Part shown: piece by piece, positions 10,905-19,925 of the stretch | Layout of the letters: every line of letters starts with the position of its first letter | How positions within the stretch are numbered: the first letter of the stretch is position 1 | Source: an uncultured Brevinematales bacterium | Lineage (GTDB): Bacteria; Spirochaetota; Brevinematia; Brevinematales; CAYRWR01 | DNA: 64,000 bases | Assembly (NCBI GenBank): GCA_964428015.1 | Contig: CAYRWR010000019.1 | Span: 503-64,502, forward strand | Direction of reading: 5' to 3' | Position numbers and translations under genes: made by a program | The notes under the pieces: model-generated | Database searches by the model: none | Seen by the model: the letters and a program-made list of their open reading frames with translations, nothing else | Told to the model about the DNA's origin: nothing

Positions 10905-11068
10905 TCTTCCTTACAGAAGATTGTAATCTAATAAAAAAAGAAAAAAGAATGAAAAAGGAAACGGTTCCCGCAACCATCTCAATTCCTCCAGGGATGCCAG
11001 TACCTTTTTCATTCTTTAAATATAAAAAAAATCTGAAAAATATAAAAAATCAGAAAAAGGAGAGTGTT

Positions 11069-11560
11069 ATGAAAAAGGTAGGTTTAGTGTTGTTTTTAAT
11101 GGTTTTCGCAGGTCTTGGTTCTTTGTATTCCCTAAATATTTTTGATGATGATTTTGACCAGTCTGCCACCACCATGGCCGGATGGAAGCTTAGTTCCACC
11201 ACCTATATCACCAAATATACCGGAACTTACAAACAGGGTCTGGCTGCCATGCAGGTCAGAAAGAACTATAATGCAGTCACTTATATCAATGTATCACCCT
11301 TTAAGAACATGGTCTTAAAATTTAAAATGGCCGCTTATTCTCTGGAAGCCGGTGAATACATCCGCTGTCAGTACAATATTGCCGGAACCTGGGTGACCGC
11401 GGCTACTCTGGCTGACGGTGCAGACAATGGAACATTCAAGAGTTACTCTGTGAGTATTCCTACCGGGACCACACTGCAGATTCGTTTTATCATGAATGGA
11501 ACCGCAACTGATGATTATGGATATGTCGATGATGTAATTTTGACCGGTGACCGCAAATAA
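11069..11560 (+). CDS. small secreted beta-sandwich/CBM-like protein, amylase-associated family, copy 2
   Basis: The RBS context AGGAGAGTGTTATGAAAAA is identical to that of copy 1. Signal peptide LVLFLMVFAGLGSLYS. The mature part is about 90 percent identical to copy 3 by eye. Confidence 0.8.
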   Translation: MKKVGLVLFLMVFAGLGSLYSLNIFDDDFDQSATTMAGWKLSSTTYITKYTGTYKQGLAAMQVRKNYNAVTYINVSPFKNMVLKFKMAAYSLEAGEYIRCQYNIAGTWVTAATLADGADNGTFKSYSVSIPTGTTLQIRFIMNGTATDDYGYVDDVILTGDRK

Positions 11561-11579
11561 AAAAAGTAAGGAGTCTAAC

Positions 11580-14500
11580 ATGAAAAAATTCAGAAGTTGG
11601 ATATTAGCAGCTCTGCTCCTGCTCTCAGCAGGACAGATTTTTGCTGTCCGTACTGTCGTGTTTATGTACAAACAGACAGTCACCGGACAGGATATCTTTA
11701 TCAAAGGCGGACATGACGCGGGTCTGGTACCCAGTGTCTACCCCAGCATGAGTGAACCTATTACTTATTATAATACCCTCAATACTACCACCGCGGCTAT
11801 AAAAGCCAATGACGCATCTCTGGATTGGGGTAGTGAATCTGCCCTGGACTGGACCACATCCCTATGGCCCGCTTCCTGGGGTGCCAAGAAGACCTATGCC
11901 GTAGACGGTTATGGTGAAGACCCCGAAAACACCATGGGCGACCATTGGTGGAAATTTGACGTAGATATGCTGGGAAACACCGGTGACTGGTTTGAATTTA
12001 AAGCATTTATGAGACAGGGTACTGCTGAATCCTGGGAAAACAATATTGCCCAGGCCGGCACTCCCTATACAACCATCAACCACTGGGGTAAAAAAGGCTA
12101 TATCACCAAAGTAACCTTTGGTGCTAATACCGTCACCTATGTGGCCCTGACTCCTCCCGTCAATCAGCCCCCAGTAGCAGCTCTTACCGCTACCCCTGCT
12201 ACAGCTGATACCGGCGTGGCTATTTCCTTTAGTGCTGCCGGCTCTACCGATCCTGAAGGTACCGCTCTGCAGTACCAGTTTGACTGGGAAAATGACGGCA
12301 CCTATGATACAGCCTATAGTACAACAGCTACCGCCAGCCATGCTTATACCACCTCCGGTACCAAGACCGTCAAAGTCCAGGTCAAAGACGGCGGCGGCCT
12401 CACTGCTACCAAAACCGTAACTGTAACCATCACCGTGCCTACTGTAAAGACCCTGATCGTACACTACCGTAACTCATCAGCCTGGGCTACACCTAAGATG
12501 CACTGGGGATACAGCTACTATACAGCCGTATCTGACCTTTCCTCATCCGGTACTGACACTTTTGGTGCCAAGTTCCAACTGGAATGGACAGCTGCGGATA
12601 CCTATCTGACCACCTGTTTCAACAATGGTTCTACAGCCTGGGATGGTTCTGACCGCCGTATCAATAAACCGGCAACCTTCCCTTCTGAAGTATGGGTGTT
12701 GAACAATGATTCTACCGTTTACCTTAGCAATCCTATAGATGCTACTCCTCCTACTGTAGCCCTGTCCGCACCTGCCAACGGTGCCAGCCTGACCGGTACA
12801 GTAACCATCAGCGCTACCGCCAGTGACAACGTAGCCGTGACAAAAGTAGAGTTTTACTACGGCACTACCAAAATAGGTGAAGATGTTTCCTCTCCTTATT
12901 CCCTGTCCTGGAATACCGCTCTGGTTCCCAATGGCTCTTATGCCATTACAGCCAAAGCCTTTGACGCGGCTGGCAATAACACCACTTCTGCTTCACGTAC
13001 AGTGACCACCGCTAATGCTAATGTGCCTCCTGTCGCCAATGCTGGTTCTGATATTACCGTACAGGTAGGCGGAACAGCTCAGTTCAATGCTACTCAGTCT
13101 TACGATCCTAATGGCAGTATTGTCTCCTATCAGTGGTCCAATGGTCTGTCCGGTGCTACTCCCAGTAAAGTGTACAGCACCCTGGGTACTTATACAGTAA
13201 CCCTGACTGTGACAGACAATAACGGCGCTACCGCTACTGATACTGTAGTAGTCAATGTGGTCAACCAGATTGTCCGCACAGACCCTCGTGAAGATACCAT
13301 TTATTTTGTCATGACAACTCGTTTCTACGACGGTGACCCTGCCAATAACATTCACTGCTGGGATGACGCGCAAGCCGGTAATCCTGACAGCGACCCTGCC
13401 TGGAGAGGAGATTTTGAAGGCCTCATCCAGAAACTCGACTATATCAAAGCCCTGGGATTCTCAGCTATCTGGATCACACCTGTAGTGCAGAACGCCAGTG
13501 GATATGATTACCATGGTTATCATGCCTTGAACTTCTCCAAAGTGGACCCCCGCTACAAGACCACCGGGGATGCCAGTGCTGAAGTATCCTACCAGAGACT
13601 GATAAATGCCGCACATGCCAAGGGTATGAAGATTATCCAGGATATCGTGCTCAATCACTCCGGTAATTTCGGAGAAGAAAATCTCTATCCCTTGTTTAAG
13701 AAAGATCCGGCTATTTCTGACACCACAGCTGCTTCTCTGGTCCGCATCGACGGTGGAAAACTGCCTGCCAACTACGCTACCTTGACACCGGGCGAACAAT
13801 ACGGCGCGCGTATTTCCGCTATGAAAGAAGATACTATTGATACCACTTTCAAATATCACCATGAAAAAAGTATGTCCTGGGAAAGCTATTCTGTACAGAC
13901 CGGACAGATCGCGGGAGACTGTGTTGACCTCAATACAGAAAACCCTGCTGTCAAGAACTATCTGGTCAGCGCCTATAAGAAATACATCGATATGGGTGTA
14001 GATGGCTTCCGTCTGGATACAGTGAAGCATATTTCCCGTCTGGCCATGAATAAATGGTATGTACCTGAACTGCTGAACTATGCCGGCAATAACTTCTATT
14101 ACTTTGGAGAAGTGTGCAGCCGCTACCGCCAGATCTGGAATAACGGAATACCTGCAATTTCTGCACCCTTCTATACCTGGAAAGAAAATGTGTCCTATCC
14201 CTGGAGTGAATCAGACCGTACAGTCAATGAAGCATCTGTTTTCCAGAACTGGAATGACAACGACACTATGGATAATCTGCGCGAAACCGGCAATCACTGG
14301 CTGAATGGGAATGCCTACCATACTCCTGACTGGTCCTATCGCAGTGGTTTGGACGTCATCGACTTCCCCATGCACTGGAATTTCAACAATGCCTGGGATG
14401 CCTGGGGTGTAGCTTTAAGCGGCGACAAGTACTATAGCGATGCTACCTTTAATGTGACCTATGTAGACAGCCATGACTATGCTCCGGACGGAGCTCCTGA

Positions 14501-15110
14501 AAATCAGCGTTTCGCGGGCAGCCAGTCCACCTGGGCTGAAAACCTGAGTCTGATGTTTACCTTCCGCGGTGTGCCTACTATTTACTACGGATCAGAAATT
14601 GAATTTAAGAAAGGTGCTCCTATTGATGTAGGCCCCAATGCTCCTCTGTCCACTACCGGACGTGCTTACTTTGGTGACAATATCACCGGGACGATTAATG
14701 TCTCTGGATTTGGATACTACAGCGGTGCTACCGGAAACATCGCCAATACTCTGAATCACCCTCTGGCTAAACATATCATCCGTCTGAACCAGATACGCCG
14801 GGCTGTGCCTGCTCTGCAGAAGGGACAGTATTCGACCGCTGACATCTCCGGTGGAATGTCCTTCAAACGCAGATATACCAATGGCGCGGTAGACAGTTTT
14901 GCCCTGGTAACCGTGAGCGGTACTGCTACTTTCAACAACATTCCTAACGGTACCTATAAAGATTGTGTCACCGGACAGGTGATCAATGTGACCGGTGGCA
15001 GTCTGACTGCTACATGTAACGGAAAAGGCAACATCCGCGTGTTCGTACTGGATCTGCCTGGAAACCCTGCACCCGGAAAGATTGGTCAGGACGGGACCTA
15101 TATCTACTAA
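11580..15110 (+). CDS. secreted multidomain GH13 alpha-amylase (module X, PKD, CBM25/26-like, Ig-like, PKD, GH13)
   Basis: An AAGGAG RBS precedes ATG 11580. GH13 regions DIVLNHSG, GVDGFRLDTVKHI, FGEVCS and YVDSHDY. Starch-binding-like segment TLIVHYRNSSAW...FNNGSTAWDGSD. Two PKD-like segments. Confidence 0.92.
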   Translation: MKKFRSWILAALLLLSAGQIFAVRTVVFMYKQTVTGQDIFIKGGHDAGLVPSVYPSMSEPITYYNTLNTTTAAIKANDASLDWGSESALDWTTSLWPASWGAKKTYAVDGYGEDPENTMGDHWWKFDVDMLGNTGDWFEFKAFMRQGTAESWENNIAQAGTPYTTINHWGKKGYITKVTFGANTVTYVALTPPVNQPPVAALTATPATADTGVAISFSAAGSTDPEGTALQYQFDWENDGTYDTAYSTTATASHAYTTSGTKTVKVQVKDGGGLTATKTVTVTITVPTVKTLIVHYRNSSAWATPKMHWGYSYYTAVSDLSSSGTDTFGAKFQLEWTAADTYLTTCFNNGSTAWDGSDRRINKPATFPSEVWVLNNDSTVYLSNPIDATPPTVALSAPANGASLTGTVTISATASDNVAVTKVEFYYGTTKIGEDVSSPYSLSWNTALVPNGSYAITAKAFDAAGNNTTSASRTVTTANANVPPVANAGSDITVQVGGTAQFNATQSYDPNGSIVSYQWSNGLSGATPSKVYSTLGTYTVTLTVTDNNGATATDTVVVNVVNQIVRTDPREDTIYFVMTTRFYDGDPANNIHCWDDAQAGNPDSDPAWRGDFEGLIQKLDYIKALGFSAIWITPVVQNASGYDYHGYHALNFSKVDPRYKTTGDASAEVSYQRLINAAHAKGMKIIQDIVLNHSGNFGEENLYPLFKKDPAISDTTAASLVRIDGGKLPANYATLTPGEQYGARISAMKEDTIDTTFKYHHEKSMSWESYSVQTGQIAGDCVDLNTENPAVKNYLVSAYKKYIDMGVDGFRLDTVKHISRLAMNKWYVPELLNYAGNNFYYFGEVCSRYRQIWNNGIPAISAPFYTWKENVSYPWSESDRTVNEASVFQNWNDNDTMDNLRETGNHWLNGNAYHTPDWSYRSGLDVIDFPMHWNFNNAWDAWGVALSGDKYYSDATFNVTYVDSHDYAPDGAPENQRFAGSQSTWAENLSLMFTFRGVPTIYYGSEIEFKKGAPIDVGPNAPLSTTGRAYFGDNITGTINVSGFGYYSGATGNIANTLNHPLAKHIIRLNQIRRAVPALQKGQYSTADISGGMSFKRRYTNGAVDSFALVTVSGTATFNNIPNGTYKDCVTGQVINVTGGSLTATCNGKGNIRVFVLDLPGNPAPGKIGQDGTYIY
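11646..12149 (+). other. module X, N-terminal copy in amylase 2
   Basis: Same conserved sequence as 8016-8519. Boundaries approximate. Confidence 0.7.
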
Positions 15111-15127
15111 GTATTGCCATATGTATA

Positions 15128-15159
15128 AATGGGCTGCCGCAAAGGCAGCCCATTTTTTT
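15128..15159 (+). terminator. rho-independent terminator after amylase 2
   Basis: The hairpin AAATGGGCTGCC-loop-GGCAGCCCATTT is followed by a T-run. Confidence 0.85.
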
Positions 15160-15187
15160 ATTAAAGGGTATCTGTGACACATGGCAG

Positions 15188-15216
15188 TTGAAATTGTTTT
15201 TTAAAAGTAGTATAAT
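15188..15216 (+). promoter_or_regulatory. candidate sigma-70 promoter TTGAAA-17-TATAAT
   Basis: TTGAAA at 15188-15193 and TATAAT at 15211-15216 lie 27 nt upstream of ATG 15243. Confidence 0.55.
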
Positions 15217-15242
15217 ATTATTAATCTTTTAGGGGGTTCGGT

Positions 15243-16178
15243 ATGCGGTATATACTTATGATAGTCTTGAGTTTTATTATCTTTTCCTGTGCTCCCTCAG
15301 AAGAACCGTTGGACAAAGCCATAGATGAAGTGGTTATCATTACTCTGAATATGCACACCTACCAGGAAGCAAACCAGGATGCCAAATTTGATATTATTGC
15401 GCATGCCATCTGGTATTATCAAGCAGATTTTGTGGCCCTTCAGGAATGTGCTCAGGATATGAGCTCGACAATAGTTGATAATATTGGCGGTGCAAATATA
15501 AGAAATGACAATATGGCTTTGATTCTTCAAGAACGGCTAAAGACAGACTATCAACTGGATTACTACTATAATTGGGCGTGGGCACACTATGGATTTGGAT
15601 ATTATGAAGAAGGGGTAGCGGTGATGTCATTGTATCCTCTAACCGATTTAACTAATATCTGGATTTCTACTTCTCATTCTGCAAGTGATTTAGCATCCCG
15701 TAAAGCAGTTTCTGGAAGTTGTTTTGTGTCCCGGATAAATCAACATGTTCATTTTATCTCTGCTCATTTTCAACCCATGTCTTCAATTTCTGATACAGAA
15801 CCTAAAAACCAGGTAATAAGACTGAAAAATCTGGTAGAAAGTAATTATACTGCCGGAAACTTGGTTCTCGTCTGCGGGGATTATAACAATCAACCCACTG
15901 AGTCTGACCCTCGCTGGTCATCTACCTATCTTAACATGAGGACAAATAGCATTGTTTATACTGATACATTCCTGGTTGACAATCCCACAGCGAATAATTT
16001 GCCAGAAAATTCTATTTTTGATACGGTCAAAGGTACATATCCAGGAAGAATTGACTATATTTTTATGCGGACCAATAGCAACTATAGGGTCATCTCATCT
16101 GACATCATTTTTACCAGTGATAATCTAGGCCTGGTTTCAGATCATTTTGGAGTAGTCACACGGATTAAAAAACAATAA
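15243..16178 (+). CDS. endonuclease/exonuclease/phosphatase (EEP) family lipoprotein
   Basis: Lipobox IIFSC. EEP-type motifs ITLNMHTY, VALQEC, CGDYN and the C-terminal SDHFGV. Confidence 0.8.
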   Translation: MRYILMIVLSFIIFSCAPSEEPLDKAIDEVVIITLNMHTYQEANQDAKFDIIAHAIWYYQADFVALQECAQDMSSTIVDNIGGANIRNDNMALILQERLKTDYQLDYYYNWAWAHYGFGYYEEGVAVMSLYPLTDLTNIWISTSHSASDLASRKAVSGSCFVSRINQHVHFISAHFQPMSSISDTEPKNQVIRLKNLVESNYTAGNLVLVCGDYNNQPTESDPRWSSTYLNMRTNSIVYTDTFLVDNPTANNLPENSIFDTVKGTYPGRIDYIFMRTNSNYRVISSDIIFTSDNLGLVSDHFGVVTRIKKQ

Positions 16179-16194
16179 ACCAGTTCAAAAATTA

Positions 16195-16226
16195 AAATCC
16201 CCGGGTAATAAGACCCGGGGATTTTT
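16195..16226. terminator. bidirectional terminator between convergent genes
   Basis: The hairpin AAATCCCCGGG-loop-CCCGGGGATTT has A- and T-runs on the two sides. Confidence 0.85.
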
Positions 16227-16241
16227 CGGTACTTTCTTTTG

Positions 16242-17879
16242 TCAAAACATAAAGCTACGCAGAAGGTCTTCCATGGCTCCACTCACAGCCAGGTCAACTG
16301 CTTTTTGCCCCCTGTCATCAACACTAAAAATTTTATCCCGGAGTACTTTGATGTTTTTTCTGGCTTCAGCCACATTATCGGTCAGAGCGTACCAGTGGAG
16401 CAGGGTACCTCCATGATAGGCCAGATATAACTGCATCGCTGTCATTCCCTGAGGGCCGGGTAAATCAACCAGGTTTCGTTTTTTACCATAACGAAGGATT
16501 TCTTTATAGTTAGCTGTGATAGCCCCCCACAGCAAGTCGTATTTAGGATATTTCTTGATGAAGAGCTTGAAACTGGTTTCATGTGTATCACTGCGCAGCA
16601 TGATGTCTCTCACAATATTGGTGACTCCCCGGTCCAGGGCCAGGATTAGCGGAGTGTTTCCATCAGAGTCTGTGGTTTCCAGGTCAGCTCCTTTTTCCAG
16701 CAGCAAATTGACCCATTGGGCTCGGCTGTCTTTGACCGCAGTTAGAAGAAGGGAGTTCATCTCCGGTTTCGCAGTCTGTGCCAGATTGACTGTTTTGAGG
16801 TAACCGGGTTGATCCTGCTGATACAGGAGGGTGAGGAGTTCTGTCCACTCTCCGGGCCGAACCTTTGCCCCCAGAGATTGCAATACCTGAATCATATCTG
16901 AATCGTTGTTTTTAAAGGCAGTAAAGAGCAAGCTGTTTTCATTATCCAGGACAGCATTGACATCTCCGCCTTTAAAAAACAGGCTGGTAACCCAGGGTAT
17001 CCTTTCATCTTTCACAGCCCATAACAGCACCTGGTCTTTGAGGCGATTTTTCTGCTGGCTATTTAAGACAGTTTGTGCTGTTTCCAGGTCATCTTTCTGA
17101 TAGAGATCTTTGATGTAGGCCAGGTTCTGTTCATAGCTCATGCCAACCCCGTATTGTATCAGAAATTTTGCTATATCATTATGGCCCTTTTGTCTGGCCA
17201 GTTCTGCCAGATTGATCGATGTTATGGTTTCGCCTGGTTTAGTTTCCGGGACCACCTGCTGGGAAATATCAGCACCTTTGGCAAATAATAATTCCACCCA
17301 ACGGATACGGCCATCCCGTACCGCCCAGAGCAGTGCCTGATCGATTACCCGGGGGTATACTGCTTTTTCCAGTAACATACCTGCTAAAGCTAAATTATTC
17401 TTATTATAAGCGATCTTAATCAGGTCAAGACAGTCATTTTCTTCCAGGCGGATATCCTGAGTGATGAAGAGCTTCACCGCATCCAGTTGATTGTTGGAGT
17501 AGGCACATTGCAGTATCTGAGGATCAAGTTCCAGTCCGTTTTTGAACAACAAAGGGATACATTGACGTGTGTCATCCTTATCTCTGGCCAGAAGATAAAC
17601 CAAAGGTGATGAATTATTATATTTTATATTAAGATCAGCGCCCTTTTGGAGAAGGTAAGTCATGAGGTCTGGGTTAAATTTGATATAATTTGCCAGATAA
17701 AAACCCATAACAGGTTCTTTTTTTAAATCTACTGAACCAGCCTCTACCTGTCTTTTTACTTCACTGAAATCACTGTTTGATAATGCAGTCCAGAAACTGA
17801 CCGGCCAGATTGATGATGTCAATGTGAAGAAAAATAGAAAGGCCAGGAATCTTTTCACAGTATCCTTCCCCGGAAACAT
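16242..17879 (-). CDS. secreted ankyrin-repeat protein
   Basis: N-terminal signal FLAFLFFFTLTSSIW. Multiple ANK-like units, including KGADLETTDSDGNTPLILALDRG, KGADISQQ, GADLNIKYNNSSPL and GGDVNAVLDNENSLLF. Confidence 0.85.
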   Translation of the reverse strand: MFPGKDTVKRFLAFLFFFTLTSSIWPVSFWTALSNSDFSEVKRQVEAGSVDLKKEPVMGFYLANYIKFNPDLMTYLLQKGADLNIKYNNSSPLVYLLARDKDDTRQCIPLLFKNGLELDPQILQCAYSNNQLDAVKLFITQDIRLEENDCLDLIKIAYNKNNLALAGMLLEKAVYPRVIDQALLWAVRDGRIRWVELLFAKGADISQQVVPETKPGETITSINLAELARQKGHNDIAKFLIQYGVGMSYEQNLAYIKDLYQKDDLETAQTVLNSQQKNRLKDQVLLWAVKDERIPWVTSLFFKGGDVNAVLDNENSLLFTAFKNNDSDMIQVLQSLGAKVRPGEWTELLTLLYQQDQPGYLKTVNLAQTAKPEMNSLLLTAVKDSRAQWVNLLLEKGADLETTDSDGNTPLILALDRGVTNIVRDIMLRSDTHETSFKLFIKKYPKYDLLWGAITANYKEILRYGKKRNLVDLPGPQGMTAMQLYLAYHGGTLLHWYALTDNVAEARKNIKVLRDKIFSVDDRGQKAVDLAVSGAMEDLLRSFMF

Positions 17880-17966
17880 TTAAAATTCAAACAAAAATAT
17901 GTTTCCTATATAAACAGGATAAAAGGAAAATAGAAAAAATCCAGCGAAATATTAAATATATCTGAA

Positions 17967-18920
17967 TTATTGATAAATAATCAGGCCAGGTTGAGGTTTA
18001 AGTGCCAGAACATCAGCCGGAGACATGAGGGGAGAGTCATAATGCAGTCCTTTGGCCTGAACTCCGGGATAGTACCACAGTTTGAAGCCTTTATAGGGCA
18101 TATTGGTGGCCAGGGAGTTAAATGCGTGTGTGCCTAATTTCTGCCAGGGTGGGCCCCAGCCGGAAGTGTTGTGTACCAAAAGTACCGGATAATAGTCTGC
18201 CTGTATTTTTTCACGATGCAGGATCATTTGATATTTAAACTGGTGGAATACCAGTTGATGAATTCCACGGATGTGATTGGACAAAATATACGACTGCATG
18301 ATGCTCTGAATCTGGTTTATTTCTTCGCCTGTGATATGCCCGATTTCTTTCATGGGGCGGTCTGTACGCCATTCAGGGTCTACAGCCAGTTGGACATTAG
18401 GGTATTTCAGAAAAGGCAGCATTTTCCGGATTGCGTTTTCCGGGCCGTATTTTCCGATCTGGTGATCGAGGTAGAGCAGCATCTTATTGGAATAGGTATA
18501 ATTGATAAAGGACATCACAATATTAGAGTTCAGATAAGCCAGTTCTCCACCCGGTTGACAGGTAGCATAGATGAGATAGAATGCAGGCACCACTCCCTTA
18601 TCGCCATTTGTAGCATCATAGTTGCTGGCTTCAGTGAGCAGCATCTTACGTAGTTCATCTTTGGAGTAACGCCCCAGTATGCCCATATACCGGGAGTTAG
18701 GGTGGCCATAGTAAGCTATAATATGATTGCTGACAAACATATTGGTATTGTAGAAGAATTCATCCAGAGGATTCATAACAGGCGGGATATCGGATGACAC
18801 TCCTGTTAACAGCTTCCAACCTGCCTGTGACAGTTGGGACAGGCGGGGCAGAGAAAAAAAGACCGCAGTTAAGAACAGAGCAACAATCAGTAGTTTTATA
18901 CGAAGGTCATTTATTTTCAC
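17967..18920 (-). CDS. membrane-anchored hypothetical protein
   Basis: GTG start with an AAGGA RBS. One N-terminal TM helix (LLIVALFLTAVFF) and an extracytoplasmic domain of about 280 aa. No confident family. Confidence 0.55.
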   Translation of the reverse strand: MKINDLRIKLLIVALFLTAVFFSLPRLSQLSQAGWKLLTGVSSDIPPVMNPLDEFFYNTNMFVSNHIIAYYGHPNSRYMGILGRYSKDELRKMLLTEASNYDATNGDKGVVPAFYLIYATCQPGGELAYLNSNIVMSFINYTYSNKMLLYLDHQIGKYGPENAIRKMLPFLKYPNVQLAVDPEWRTDRPMKEIGHITGEEINQIQSIMQSYILSNHIRGIHQLVFHQFKYQMILHREKIQADYYPVLLVHNTSGWGPPWQKLGTHAFNSLATNMPYKGFKLWYYPGVQAKGLHYDSPLMSPADVLALKPQPGLIIYQ

Positions 18921-19209
18921 AGATTTATCCTTAATAAGAACTTAAAAAAGCACAGTATTTTAACATGAGCATCAGGAATAAGCAATTCCGGGGAATAGGG
19001 TGGTCGTCTTACCCTTTGATCAGTTTTTAATTATTTACCGACTTTGCTATCCCGGCTATTGTGGAAAATATTTTATGTAAGCGTTACTTTTTACAACTAA
19101 CAATGTGCATTTTATTTGGGCGTGAATTTGCACTGCAAATATGCCCAGTGCAGATTGTCTACAGTGTAATTTATTGTCTGACATAGAGCTGCACATTTAT
19201 CACTAAACT

Positions 19210-19225
19210 TGGCACGGGAATTGCA
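19210..19225 (+). promoter_or_regulatory. sigma-54 promoter P3 (TGGCACgggaaTTGCA)
   Basis: Exact RpoN -24/-12 consensus, 177 nt upstream of ATG 19402. Confidence 0.8.
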
Positions 19226-19232
19226 ATATAAA

Positions 19233-19246
19233 TGTAAGTGCTTACA
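19233..19246. promoter_or_regulatory. 14-bp palindrome TGTAAGTGCTTACA (operator candidate)
   Basis: Identical to the P2 copy and again exactly 7 nt after TTGCA. Confidence 0.55.
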
Positions 19247-19401
19247 GCTGGATTGCATAGCAAGTGCAATTTAGAAAAGCGGCGAGTGAAAAAAGAGGTT
19301 GGTTGTGTATCCGGTTGCCTTGCCCAGGCAAATCTTCATCTATCCAAAAACCTTTTTTTTCCGGTATCGTAATATTCAAAAAATTTACCGGGAGGTATGT
19401 C

Positions 19402-19899
19402 ATGTCCAAGTACAGAACTTTAGTGTTAAGTTTCTTGGTTGTTTTGTTAGCTACTGTCAGTTCTTTCGCTTTAACCATCTTTGATGACGATTTTGACCAG
19501 TCCGCTACTACTATGGCGGGATGGAAACTCAGTTCCACCACTTATATCACCAAATATACCGGAACCTACAAACAGGGTCTGGCAGCTATGCAGGTAAGAA
19601 AGAATTATAATGCTGTTACTTATTTAAACGTAGCTCCCTTTAAGAACATGGTGCTGAAGTTTAATATGGCTGCATATTCTCTGGAAGCCGGTGAATACAT
19701 CCGCTGCCAGTATAATATTGCTGGTACCTGGGTGACCGCAGCTACCCTGGCCGACGGCGCAGACACTGGTGCTTTTAAAAGTTATTCTGTTTCTATTCCT
19801 ACAGGAAATATCCTGCAGATACGTTTTATCATGAACGGTTCTGCTACAGATGATTATGGCTATGTAGACAGCGTGATCCTCACCGGTGACCGCAAATAA
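19402..19899 (+). CDS. small secreted beta-sandwich/CBM-like protein, amylase-associated family, copy 3
   Basis: A GGAGG RBS at 19391-19395 precedes the start. Signal peptide LVLSFLVVLLATVSSFA. Mature domain is paralogous to copies 1 and 2. Confidence 0.8.
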   Translation: MSKYRTLVLSFLVVLLATVSSFALTIFDDDFDQSATTMAGWKLSSTTYITKYTGTYKQGLAAMQVRKNYNAVTYLNVAPFKNMVLKFNMAAYSLEAGEYIRCQYNIAGTWVTAATLADGADTGAFKSYSVSIPTGNILQIRFIMNGSATDDYGYVDSVILTGDRK

Positions 19900-19925
19900 T
19901 ATAAAATCAATATAAGGAGAATAGG

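Noticed and set aside
10736-11068. N-terminal extensions of the small cassette protein ORFs (10736 and 19264 starts in the ORF track).
   Set aside because: The extensions run through the sigma-54 promoter and leader and would bury the signal peptide internally. The internal ATGs at 11069 and 19402 have strong RBSs and give canonical signal peptides.
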